DNA of 64,000 nucleotides from Strigamia acuminata (Eukaryota): NCBI GenBank assembly GCA_949358305.1, contig OX442314.1, positions 13,268,001 to 13,332,000 of the forward strand, read 5' to 3'. Shown piece by piece: positions 43,910 to 55,464 of this stretch (position 1 is its first letter; each line of letters starts with the position of its first letter). The notes under the pieces were generated by a model. It saw only the letters and a program-made list of their open reading frames with translations, ran no database searches and was not told where the DNA came from. The position numbers and the translations under genes were made by a program.

Positions 43910-44000
43910 TTTAAATTAGCTGTTAAATCTGAAAATTTAAAATTACTTAACTCTAATACCCAAAAAAATAAAAAATTAAATTAAATTTACTTGAGAAGTA

Positions 44001-44242
44001 TCACACTGGTGTTTGAACAAATCTTCTAGGCGGACTGTAAGTAACTAGACATTAATTCATCCGGTTATTGATAACTACGTGTAGTTGAATACTTACTTAA
44101 TTCGATTATATGTGTATATCGCTGAAGCATACAGTATAAACACAAGGATAACTGCAGGAGTGATATGAAAGAATAGGATATGAAACAAAAAGCGAGCTAG
44201 TCTATCAAGCAGTGACTGTTCATATTCATCATGAAATAGCAT
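44001..44242 (-). CDS. Putative membrane microprotein B1 (49 aa unspliced to 44093; spliced tail NPPRRFVQTPV*)
   Basis: MLFHDEYEQSLLDRLARFLFHILFFHITPAVILVFILYASAIYTYNRI; GTAAGT donor and TTACAG acceptor conserved in copy B2. Confidence 0.5.
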
Positions 44243-44387
44243 TCTTTGAATTTTCCAAATTTAACGGCGAGAATTTCGAGAAGTTCGAGAAGTTCGAGAA
44301 GTTCGAGAATTGTGAGGAGAACTAAAAATGTAAAATAATAAATTATTTTTTATAATCTAACTTAGTGACAATAAAAACTATATTTCA

Positions 44388-44600
44388 TTAATTAATATAC
44401 GTGTACTTATTATAACGGCCGGCAGTTTGCGGAATGAAATACAGAAAGATCAGCAAGCAGATGAATGGTATAATTAATAAATTAAATGAAAATTGAAGTA
44501 GACCGAGAATAATAGATTGCAATAGCCCGGTAACAACAGATTTCACTAGCAAGAAAATTGAAGAAATTATACCAAGCGGCGATTCATATCGCATGTCCAT
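44388..44600 (-). CDS. Putative 70-aa membrane microprotein A1
   Basis: ORF track; homolog at 62857-63057 differs by an in-frame 15-bp indel and mostly conservative substitutions. Confidence 0.55.
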   Translation of the reverse strand: MDMRYESPLGIISSIFLLVKSVVTGLLQSIILGLLQFSFNLLIIPFICLLIFLYFIPQTAGRYNKYTYIN

Positions 44601-46401
44601 ACAGGGATCAGATGAAAGGTTTTAAATTCCAAAATATATAAAATCTGCTTAACTTCATGATTAAAAAGCCTGAAAATTTAACATTGTCATAAAATGTTGT
44701 TGAAATTTAAAATGTAAAGCAACGAATAGTCAAAAAATAGAGCAAGAGGGAGCTGTAAACAATGTGAATAACAATGTCATGATTCTTAACTCATTAATGT
44801 ATCATATGAATAATTGTCACTTGAACAGATATCACATTTTTATTATTGGCGGTATAACTTACATTGAAATAAAAAAGAAATGAAATGAGGAGGAGGAAGT
44901 GGGTAAACAAAGATGCAGGTCACCGATCATTTCAATTCTTGGAGTGACAATAAACGGATTTTAGCAAGTATGTGACAACTCATTTTAGCAAATTAAAATT
45001 AGACGATGACAATGTCCTCCAAAACTTCAATTTGACCACAGGGAACAAGAGATATTCATCAAATCCAACAGGAAATGTCTGCGATTTTTTCCAAGGTCGG
45101 CACCCTTTTTTATGGTCCGGTGACCCTTTTCCCAAGACTCACAAGAGGATTCAAAACCAATTAGCAGTAGTGCATTTGCCAGACTTGACGTCGCGAGTTT
45201 CATGCCAACTTCTTTCTTTGCATAAAAAATACATAAAATTATGTGAAAAGAATTATGCACGCACAATGATGTATACAAAAGTAGATGAATTTCTATCGTA
45301 ACATCTCATCAATATCAGGAAGGATATTTTATACGGAAATGTTGAAATAATGATGATTCAGAGCATCTTTGGCAGTAAATACGAATAAATATACTGGGTA
45401 TACGAATACATAGTCGGGTCGTAAACCAAGGTATGCTCCAAGAAGTGACTCTTTTCTGCTAGGTGTCTTTATGTGGGATCGGAGAGGGAGAACAAATATG
45501 CAGTTTGCAGGTCACCTGCATTTAAATGACAATCAAGGGATTATAACAGACATGTGAGTAAACTCTTTTCGAAAAGCAAAATGAGAGATAATAACAGGTC
45601 CTCTAAAAAAATCAAATTTAACCAGATGAAACAAACGAGATAAACAAAAACAAAAAGTGACTGCCGGTTTTGTCCAAGGTCGGCACCCCAAGGGTCCAAG
45701 GCTCATAAGAGGATTAAAACCTAATTGACCACCAAACAAATTGAAATACTCGAACAAATACCGCAAATTTTTATTTTAAAGATTATATAAAAAATGGAGC
45801 AAGAGAGAGAGAGAGCAATAAACGATGTGATAAATCTCAATCCATTAATATGTCAATTCCACACAGGAATCTGTAAAAGGCTTCAAATTCGAAAATATAT
45901 AAAATCGTCTGCCTAACTCCGTGATTAAAATGTCTGAAAATCTAATGTTGTCGTAAAATGTTATTAAAATTTAAAATGTAAAGCGACGAATTATAAAAAA
46001 AATATTTAAAAAATAGAGCAAGAGGGAGCTCTAAATGTGAATAACAATGTCATGATTCTCAACTCATTAATATATATCGTATGAATAATTGTCACTTGAA
46101 CAGATATCACATTTTTATTATTGGCAGTATACAATGAAATTAAAAAGAAATGAAATGAATTATGGTCTTCTCTCGCTTCTCGAAATATGGAAATTCGAAT
46201 CTAACTCTAAATTATCACAGGCTTACTCTTTAATTTCCTTCCAGAGAAAGTCAATTCTCTAACCACTGCATCCAAACATAACAAATATGATCATAATCAT
46301 CCGAATCTCGTTAAAAAGAATTGAAGTTTACCTTGTGAAGACGACTTAAAGTTCGACTCAACGCTTCCGCCAACATCTCATCCGCATCTATCAATATCGG
46401 T

Positions 46402-47858
46402 TTATTTCCTAAAACCAAGTGAGACGTCATTTTTGTAAATTTGCTGAAACAGAAGGAAAAGAGAACGCTTATTAACCATGAATCATATTTAATGTTAAAA
46501 TTAAATTACTAGGAAATCAATTGACGACTTACAATAAATGCAAATCGAAATAGATCATTTGAAAGTCTAGACAGATTGAAACTCATCTTGATGTAATGTA
46601 ATTGTGTAACAGGGTTGATGAGTTTCTTAGCCCGAGATGTCGTTGAAGTACACAAGTCACGAATTGAATTTCTCAATTGATACATTTCTCGAAATGCGAC
46701 TTGGTTAGTGCCCAACACGGACACATCCACTAGGATCCGTTTCATCTCTTGAAACAAGAAATTTGAAGCCAACATGAAAATCGAACAAACCATGGTCGAA
46801 TCGTGTAAATTCGTACATAAATCAATGTAATGTAAAGCTGAAGCGACGTTAATGCTTTTGCCACTCCGTCTCGCTCTATCATACGTCAAGGGTGAACAGC
46901 TGTTAAGATGATTGCAATATTCATAATTAGCGGGAATGAGTACATCGTTGACAGTGACTTCTTCAGCTAAGCTAGCAATCATGGCTTTGATGTGTTTCGC
47001 GTAAAGCAAAGAAGCGACGGCAGAGTGCACTTCTTCACTTGGTAATAACATTACGGCATTTTGGAAAGCTTTTAGTGATGCTTTATAATTCCTTTTATAC
47101 CCAAAATAATGGCCCTTCAATATGAGGAGTGCAGCATCAAATCGAAGTAGATAGCTTCCATTTCCACATTCTTTGATTATGGATATATCCTTAAACATCT
47201 CTCTCTCGATTGACATTCTGTCGTAGATCTCCCTTATTACGCTATCTCCATATTTGCGAAAGTGGCCCGATATTTTCTTCAAATATCCATCTTTATTTGC
47301 ACAGAAGTCGTGCATCCAACCGCGTAAAACTTTAACTGTCTGCGAAAAATATAATTTGAAATGTATATTTTGTTTTTATTAGCACTTGCACTTGTCGATC
47401 AATCTTACCTCATCTTCACTCTGTCTAAGGGAACTGAACACTGCAGTTTTCCACTCCACGTTTCTCAAATCTACGCAAAATTGTTCGATGTGTTCAAAGA
47501 CGCTCTTATAAATTTTGCCATTATCAAAATTATCAACAAAATTTAAAGTATGGAACTCGTTGATCCATTCGTGGAATCTTCGTTGAAAAATTTCCGACAG
47601 TTTTTCGCCTCTTTTCAATCCCGTAAAAATCGTCTCTCTGTTTGCACCGTACTTATAATCGTATTCCGCCCGATTTGCCGGATCGAATAGCGTGATTTTG
47701 GCTTTGTTTAAATTTTTCATCCACTCTTCACTTCCTCCCTTGTCTGGATGCGCCATTCTAGCCATAATCCGCCATGCGCTCCTAATCTCCGTAAATGTGG
47801 CGTCGCTTCGAACGCCAAGTAGAGCGTACAAGTCTATATCGTCACTTGTTTCGGACAT
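46402..47858 (-). CDS. J-domain (DnaJ) protein with uncharacterised helical C-terminal region, copy 1, intact (~432 aa; exons 47858-47409, 47339-46533, 46443-46402)
   Basis: DLYALLGVRSDATFTEIRSAWRIMARMAHPDKGG...LFDPANRAEYD; phase-0 GTAAGA..CAG and GTAAGT..CAG introns join the ORFs in frame. Confidence 0.75.
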
Positions 47859-50092
47859 TATATTTTTGCAATCTGAAATGCAAATTATATAATTCAATCA
47901 CTGTACCAATCAACGTGTAATCAACTTAAGTTCATTTTTTTAAATAAATAAATTACGATTCTATCTGCACCCTAACTTGTAAGTAAAATAAAGATACCAT
48001 CTCTATTTTCGCAAATTTTAAAACTATTCGTCCGCAATATGACAATTTCTTGATTTCGACTCTTGTTTCACACAGCAAAATATAAAATATAAATAATATA
48101 AATAATAAATTTACTTTATTTATCTACGTATACCGGTGATCAAGTTTAATTCATTTTTTTGGCGTATAAATAAATTGAGATTTTTTTTACAGGCTAAGTA
48201 AAAGAAAAAAAAATCTTTCAGTTTTCTATTTTTAAGAAATGTAAAACCACGGCTCGTGGTAACACCATCAGTCAACACCATAACAATTTCTTTTGATTAA
48301 TTTTACATAACACCGCAATAAATTCATTATTTCTTCAATCACCGATCTCAAAGAGTTAATCCAAAAATCTAAATAATTTGAAATACTACCACTTACTCTT
48401 AACCTCGGTGCATTCGACAAGTTTCTCACAGAAGTGACTTCTTTTTCTCCTCTCTACAGTAGTCTCTTTGTTCACGGATGTGACGTCATTCCCATTAGCT
48501 AGAACCGAAGACGCATGCTCGCGCATGCTGAAGACGTGTCCATAAGATAGGAGGAGGAGGAGGAGGAGGAGGAGAGTAAACAAAGATGCAGGTGACCGGT
48601 CATTTCAATTCTTGGAGAGACAATAAACGGATTTTAGCAAGTATGTGACAACTCATTTTAGCAAATTAAAATTAGACGATGACAATGTCCTCCAAAACTT
48701 CAATTTCTCCAGAGGGAACAAGAGATATTCATCAAAGCCAACAGCAAATATCTGCTATTTTTTCCAAGGTCCGGTGACCCTTTTCCCAAGACTCACAAGA
48801 GGATTTAAAACCTATTAGCAGTAGTGCATTTGCCAGACTTGACGTCGCGAGTTTCCTTCAATAGAATGATCATGCCAACTTCTTTCTTCGCATAAAATAA
48901 AAATAAAATTATATGAAAAGAATTATGTACGCACAAAGATATATACAAAAGTATAGATGAATTTCTATCGTAACATCTCATCAATATCAGGAAGGATATT
49001 TTGTACGGTAATGTTGAAATAATGATGATTCAGAGCATCTTTGGCATAGTAAATACGAATATATATACTGGGTATACGAATACATAGTCGGGTCGTAAAC
49101 CAAGGTATGCTCCAAGAAGTGACTCTTTTCTGCTTGGTGTCTTTATGTGGGATCGGAGAGGGAGAACAAATATGCAGTTTGCAGGTCACCTGCATTTGAA
49201 TGACAATCAAGGGATTATAACAGACATGTGAGTAAACTCTTTTCGAAAAGCAAAATGAGAGATAATAACAGGTCCTCTAAAAAAATCAAATTTGACTAGA
49301 TGAAACAAACGAGATAAACAAAAACAGAAAGTGACTGCCGGTTTTGTCCAAGGTCGGCACCCCAAGGGTCCAAGGCTCATAAGAGGATTAAAACCTAATT
49401 GACCACCAAACAAATTGAAATACTCGAACAAATACCGCAAATTTTTATTTTAAAGATTATATAAAAAATGGAGCAAGAGAGAGAGAGCAATAAACGATGT
49501 GATAAATCTCAATCCATTAATACGCGAATAATTAATTGTCAATTCCATACAGGCATCTGTAAAAGGCTTCAAATTCGAAAATATATAAAATCGTCTGCCT
49601 AACTCCGTGATTAAAATGTCTGAAAATCTAATATTGTCGTATAAAATGTTATTAAAATTTAAAATGTAAAGCAACGAATTATAAAAAAAATATTTAAAAA
49701 ATAGAGCAAGAGGGAGCTCTAAATGTGAATAACAATGTCATGATTCTCAACTCATTAATATATCATATGAATAATTGTCACTTGAACAGATATCACATTT
49801 TTATTATTGGCAGTACTGTATACATTGAAATTAAAAAGAAATGAAATGAATTATGGTCTTCTCTCGCTTCTCGAAATATGGAAATTCGAATCTAACTCTG
49901 AATTATCACAGGCTTACTCTTTAATTTCCTTCCAGAGAAAGTCAATTCTCTAACCACTGCATCCAAACATAACAAATAAGATCATAATCATCCGAATCTC
50001 TATAAAAAGAATTGAAGTTTACCTTGTGAAGACGACTTAAAGTTCGACTCAACGCTTCCGCTAACATCTCATCCGCACCTTCCAATATCGGT

Positions 50093-51548
50093 TTATTTCC
50101 TAAAACCAAGTGAGACGTCATTTTTGTAAATTTGCTGAAAAGAGAACGCTCATTAACCATAAATCATATTTAATGTTAAAATTAAATTACCACGAATTCA
50201 ATTGACGACTTGCAATAAATGCAGATCGAAATAGATCATTTGAAAGTCTAGACAGATTGAAACTCATCTTGATGTAATGTAATTGTGTAACAGGGTGGAT
50301 GAGTTTCTTAGCCCGAGATGTAGTTGAAATACACAAGTCACGAATTGAATTTCTCAATTGATACATTTCTCGAAATGCGACTTGGTTAGTGCCCGACACG
50401 GACACATCCACTAGGATCCGTTTCATCTCTTGAAACAAGAAATTTGAAGCCAACATGGAAACCGAACAAACCATGGTCGAATCGTGTAAATTCGTACATA
50501 CATCAATGTAATGCAAAGCGGCAGCGACGTTTATGCTCTTACCACTCCGTATCGCTGTATCATACGTCGAGGGTGAGCATTTAAGATGATTGCAATAATC
50601 GTAATTAGCGGGATAGAGTACATCGTTGACAGTGACTTCTTCAGCTAAGCTAGCAATCATGGCGTTGATGTGTCTCGAATAAAGCAAAGAAGCGACGGCA
50701 GAGTGCACTTCTTCACTTGGTAACAACATTACGGCATCTTGGAAAGCTTCAAGTGATGCTTTATAATTACTTTCATACCCCAAATAATGGCCCTTCAATA
50801 AGAGTAGTGCAGCATCAAATCAAAGTAGATAACTTCCGTTTCCAAATTCTTTGAATATGGACATATCCTTTAATATCTCTCTCTTATTTCTCATTCTGTC
50901 GTAGAGCTGCCTTATTACACTATTTGTATATCCATATTCGTGAAAGAAGTCCGATATTTTCTTCAAATATCCATCTTTATTTGCACAGAAGTCATGCATC
51001 CAACCGCGTAAAACTTTAACTGCCTGCGAAATATATAATTTGAAATGTGTATTACCGGTATGTTTTTATTAGCACTTGCACTTGTCGATCAATCTTACCT
51101 CTTCTTCACTCTGTTTAAGGGAACCGGACCCTGCTGTTTTCCACTGCACGTTTGTCAAATCTACGCATAATTGTTCGATGTGTTCAAAGACGCTTTTATA
51201 AATTTTGCCATCATCAAAATTGTCAACAAAATTGAAAGTATGGAACTCGTTGATCCATTCGTCGAATCGCTTTTGAAACATTTCCGACAGTTTTTCGCCT
51301 TTTTTCATTCCCGCGAAAATCGTATGTTTGTTTGCATCGTACTTATAATCGTATTCCGCCCGATTTGCCGGATCGAACAGCGTGATTTTAGCTTTGTTTA
51401 AATTTTTCATCCACTCTTCACTTCCTCCCTTGTCTGGATGCGCCGTTAACACCATAATCCGCCATGCCTTCTTAATCTCCGTAAATGTGGCGTCGCTTCG
51501 AACGCCAAGTAGAGCGTACAAGTCTATATCGTCACTTGTTTCGGACAT
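50093..51548 (-). pseudogene. J-domain gene copy 2 with premature TGA at 50822-50820 (or a truncated ~217-aa J protein)
   Basis: Same exon structure as copy 1; Arg CGA of copy 1 is TGA here; second donor is GCAAGT. Confidence 0.7.
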
Positions 51549-52432
51549 TATACGGTATTTATGCAATCTGAAATGCAAATTATATAATTCAATCATTGTA
51601 CCAATCAACGTGTAATCAACTTAAGTTCATTTTTTTAAATAAATAAATTACGATTCTATCTGCACCATAACTTGTAAGTAAAATAAAGATACCGTGTCTA
51701 TTTTCCCGAATTGTAAAACTATTCGTCCGCAATATGACAATTTCTTTCGATTTCGACTCTTGTTTTACACAGCAAAATATAAAATATAAATAATGTAAAT
51801 AATATATTTACTTTATTTACCTGCGTATACCGGTGATCAAGTTTAATTCATTTTTTTGGCGTATAAATAAATTGAGATTTTTTTTACAGGCTAACTTGTA
51901 AGTAAAAGAAAAAAAAATCTTTCAGTTTTCTATTTTTAAGAAATGTAAAACCACGGCTCCTGGTAACACCATCAGTCAAAATCATAACAATTTCTTTTGA
52001 TTAATTTTACATAACACCGCAATAAATTCATTATTTCTTCAATCACCGATCTCAAAGAGTTGATCCAAAAATCTAAATAATTTGAAATACTACCACTTAC
52101 CCTTAACCTTGGTGCATTCAACAAGTTTCTCACAGAAGTGACTTCTTTTTCTCCTCTCTAGTCTCTTTGTTCACGGATGTGACGTCATTCCCACTAGCTA
52201 GAACCGAAGACGCATGCTCGCGCATGCTGAAGACGTGTCCATAAGATAGGAGGAGGAGGAGGAGGAGAGTAAACAAAGATGCAGGTGACCGGTCATTCCA
52301 ATTCTTGGAGTGACAATAAACGGAATTTAGCAAGTATGTGACAACTAATTTTAGCAAATTAAAATTAGACGATGACAATGTCCTCCAAAACTTCAATTTG
52401 ACCAGAGGGAACAAGAAATATTCATCAAAGCC

Positions 52433-54093
52433 TGTGGTGATCTCAATATATTTCACCACTTAGGAGATGAATTTATTTGTCTCTTAATTAATTTGGCTTG
52501 GCACACACCAAGTCAAATCATGTGACCAAGGGGAGGAAACTTCCCTAGGCACATATCACCCCAGGTTGGCCGGGGTAAAAACGGTAATTAACCGTTATGG
52601 TGCAATAATCCGTTGTTGCACCATTTTTAGCTAATTGCCGCAATTTCGAAGCGTGCCGGGCTCACGCCCGCGCTTTGAACGGGACTCTTGATCAAAACTT
52701 ACAACCCACAACATCACTGCTTTCTGCTCTGCCAAAAGTATTGATAGTGGAACGTATTTTTGATTCAAGACCTTTGCTTTCTTGCACCAACTGTGCAGGA
52801 ACAGCTTTACCGCGTTTGCGTGAATTAGCCGTCGCTAATTTACGCCTTGTCGTCTCGAGAAGGAGGGAAGCCCGCCCGACGTGAACCACCGCCATCGCGA
52901 ACGCGCGAACGTTCGCCATCGTCGTCGTACGCCGAACGGAAGACTCGCGTGAACCATCGTCCCGAGTTACGAGGACCATCGTACGTGAGTTTCGAGTGGA
53001 GGAAGATAGTCGCCATCTTCCTAACAACAAGTGATGTTGTTAAGCACGCTTTGTCGTGCTTTTTCATCACGTGCAACAATAGTTGTACGATTTTCCGTAT
53101 TTAATCTCTTTATTATTCATTATTATTGTATAACCGATAAATAAAAGATATTGTGCTTTTAGACTTCTAAACCTGATGTTTAGAGTTAAACTTCTAAACC
53201 TGATGTTTAGAGAGTCTCTTGAAACGGTTCTGTCCGTCTGTCTGTCCGTCTGTACGCATCCATATCTCAAAATCTATAGCAGGTGAAGACAAACGGATAA
53301 CGGCAATAAATTCAGCGTACCTGTATTGGTATCCTAGGATCTTTCCAAAAATTTCCGACCTCCGGTTGAATTAATAAACCGGTTTTAGTGCATTTTAGAC
53401 TTCTAAACTCTATGTTTAGAAAGTCTTATGAAACGGTCATGTCCGTCCGTCCGTCTGTCGACAACGATTCCGCAAAAACTACCGCAGCTAGAGCCAAACG
53501 GACAACGGCATTAAATCCAGCATACTTATATTAGTATCCTAAGATATTTTCAGATTTCTCCGACCTCCGGTTGAATTAATAAACCGGTTTTAGTGCACTT
53601 TTAGCGGTGAATTTCATGAAAATTACGGAAATGACGTCATCATGACGACGTCATTTCCGTAATTTTCATGGAATAGACTTGGGACAGACGGAAAACGGAA
53701 AACGGGAAACGGGAAATTATAACGACGGAAATGCGAAGCTAATGAAACGTTCGTTGTACGCGATTGGTTTACATCCCGGCGCCGGCGTATTACGCGCATT
53801 TGGCGGCGTTCTGGGCGAAGAAGCTTTTGAATGATTTAATTGCGAAATTGGTTGTTTTGTGTCATTAATTTATTATTATTATTTTTTTAAGTAGGGGCAG
53901 GGTTTAGAAGTCTCATATGTAATGCTTCCCTGCATTACAAATGTTTACTTGTTTATTGATAAAACTGTCTATTTTATTTCCTAACTTAACCCTAGATAAT
54001 TTAGGCCGCTTGATATAAGTCCTTCGTGGCATTCAACTGCGGTATTCTGGTTTATTTATTAGAAATTTACCAGATAAAATCCGGATTGCAGCA
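52433..54093. mobile_element. Probable solo LTR (TG...CA) inserted in the array
   Basis: Empty site in the paralogous unit (ATCAAAGCCAACAGC near 48731); ends TGTGGTG...GCAGCA; 4-bp flanks AGCC/CGCC, one mismatch. Confidence 0.6.
53157..53954 (+). mobile_element. Helentron-associated non-autonomous element (DINE-1/HINE-like) with duplicated 5' end, nested in the solo LTR
   Basis: Sub-terminal inverted repeats AGACTTCTAAAC...GTTTAGAAGTCT, (GTCC/GTCT)n microsatellite, 3' hairpin TGTAATGC-ttccct-GCATTACA, T-rich ends, internal 24-bp-stem palindrome at 53615-53670. Confidence 0.8.
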
Positions 54094-55464
54094 CGCCAAC
54101 AGCAAATATCTGCTATTTTTTCCAAGGTCCGGTGACCCTTTTCCCAAGACGGACAAGAGGATTTAAAACCAATTAGCAGTAGTGCATTTGCCAGACTTGA
54201 CGTCGCGAGTTTCCTTCAATGGAATGATCATGCCAACTTCTTTCTTCGCATAAAAAATACATAAAATTATGTGAAAAGAATTATGCACGCACAAAGATAT
54301 ATACAAAAGTAGATGAATTTCTATCGTAACATCTCATCAATATTAGGAAGGATCAGGTAAAAATTTTCGATTTTTTATACGGTAATGTTGAAAAAATGAT
54401 GATTCAGAGCATCTTTGGCAGTAATACGAATAAATATACTGTATATACGAATACAGAGTCGGATCGTAAACGAAGGTTTGCTCCAAGAAGTGACTCTTTT
54501 CTGCTAGATGTCTTTATGGGGGATCGGAGAGGGAGAACAAACATGCAGTTTGCAGGTCAATTGCATTTGAATGACAATCAAGGGATTATGACAGTCATGT
54601 GAGTAAACTCATTCTAAAAAGCAAAATGAGAGATATAAATAACAGGTCCTCTAAAAAAATCAAATTTGACCAGATGAAACAAACAAGATAAACAAAAACA
54701 GAAAGTGACTGCCGGTTTTGTCCAAGGTCGGCACCCCAAGGGTCCAAGGCTCATAAGAGGATTAAAACCTAATTGACCACCAAACAAATTGAAATACTCG
54801 AACAAATACCGCAGATTTTCATTTTAAAGATTATATAAAAAATGGAGCAAGAGAGAGAGCAATAAACGATGTGATAAATCTCAACCCATTAATATGCGAA
54901 TAATTAATTGTCAATTCCATACAGGCATCTGTAAAAGGCTTCAAATTCGAAAATATATAAAATCGTCTGCCTAACTCCGTGATTAAAATGTCTGAAAATC
55001 TAATATTGTCGTATAAAATGTTATTAAAATTTAAAATGTAAAGCAACGAATTATAAAAAAAATATTTAAAAAATAGAGCAAGAGGGAGCTCTAAATGTGA
55101 ATAACAATGTCATGATTCTCAACTCATTAATATATCATATGAATAATTGTCACTTGAACAGATATCACATTTTTATTATTGGCAGTACTGTATACATTGA
55201 AATTAAAAAGAAATGAAATGAATTATGGTCTTCTCTCGCTTCTCGAAATATGGAAATTCGAATCTAACTCTGAATTATCACAGGCTTACTCTTTAATTTC
55301 CTTCCAGAGAAAGTCAATTCTCTAACCACTGCATCCAAACATAACAAATAAGATCATAATCATCCGAATCTCTATAAAAAGAATTGAAGTTTACCTTGTG
55401 AAGACGACTTAAAGTTCGACTCAACGCTTCCGCTAACATCTCATCCGCACCTTCCAATATCGGT

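Noticed and set aside
44270..44310. (GAGAAGTTC)n as a heat-shock element near DnaJ genes
   Set aside because: GAA-TTC spacing is 1 nt rather than the 2 nt of nGAAnnTTCn, and the expansion is absent in the paralogous copy near 62740
48386..48583. ORF resembling a secreted peptide precursor (poly-Leu leader, RRKR site, two Cys)
   Set aside because: No in-frame ATG, the poly-Leu comes from a (GGA)n microsatellite, and the copies at 52130 and 57143-57397 are frameshifted relative to it
50820..50822. In-frame TGA as selenocysteine or programmed readthrough
   Set aside because: Copy 1 has Arg CGA, so it is a simple CpG transition; the TGA-T context is not readthrough-prone and I saw no SECIS-like element
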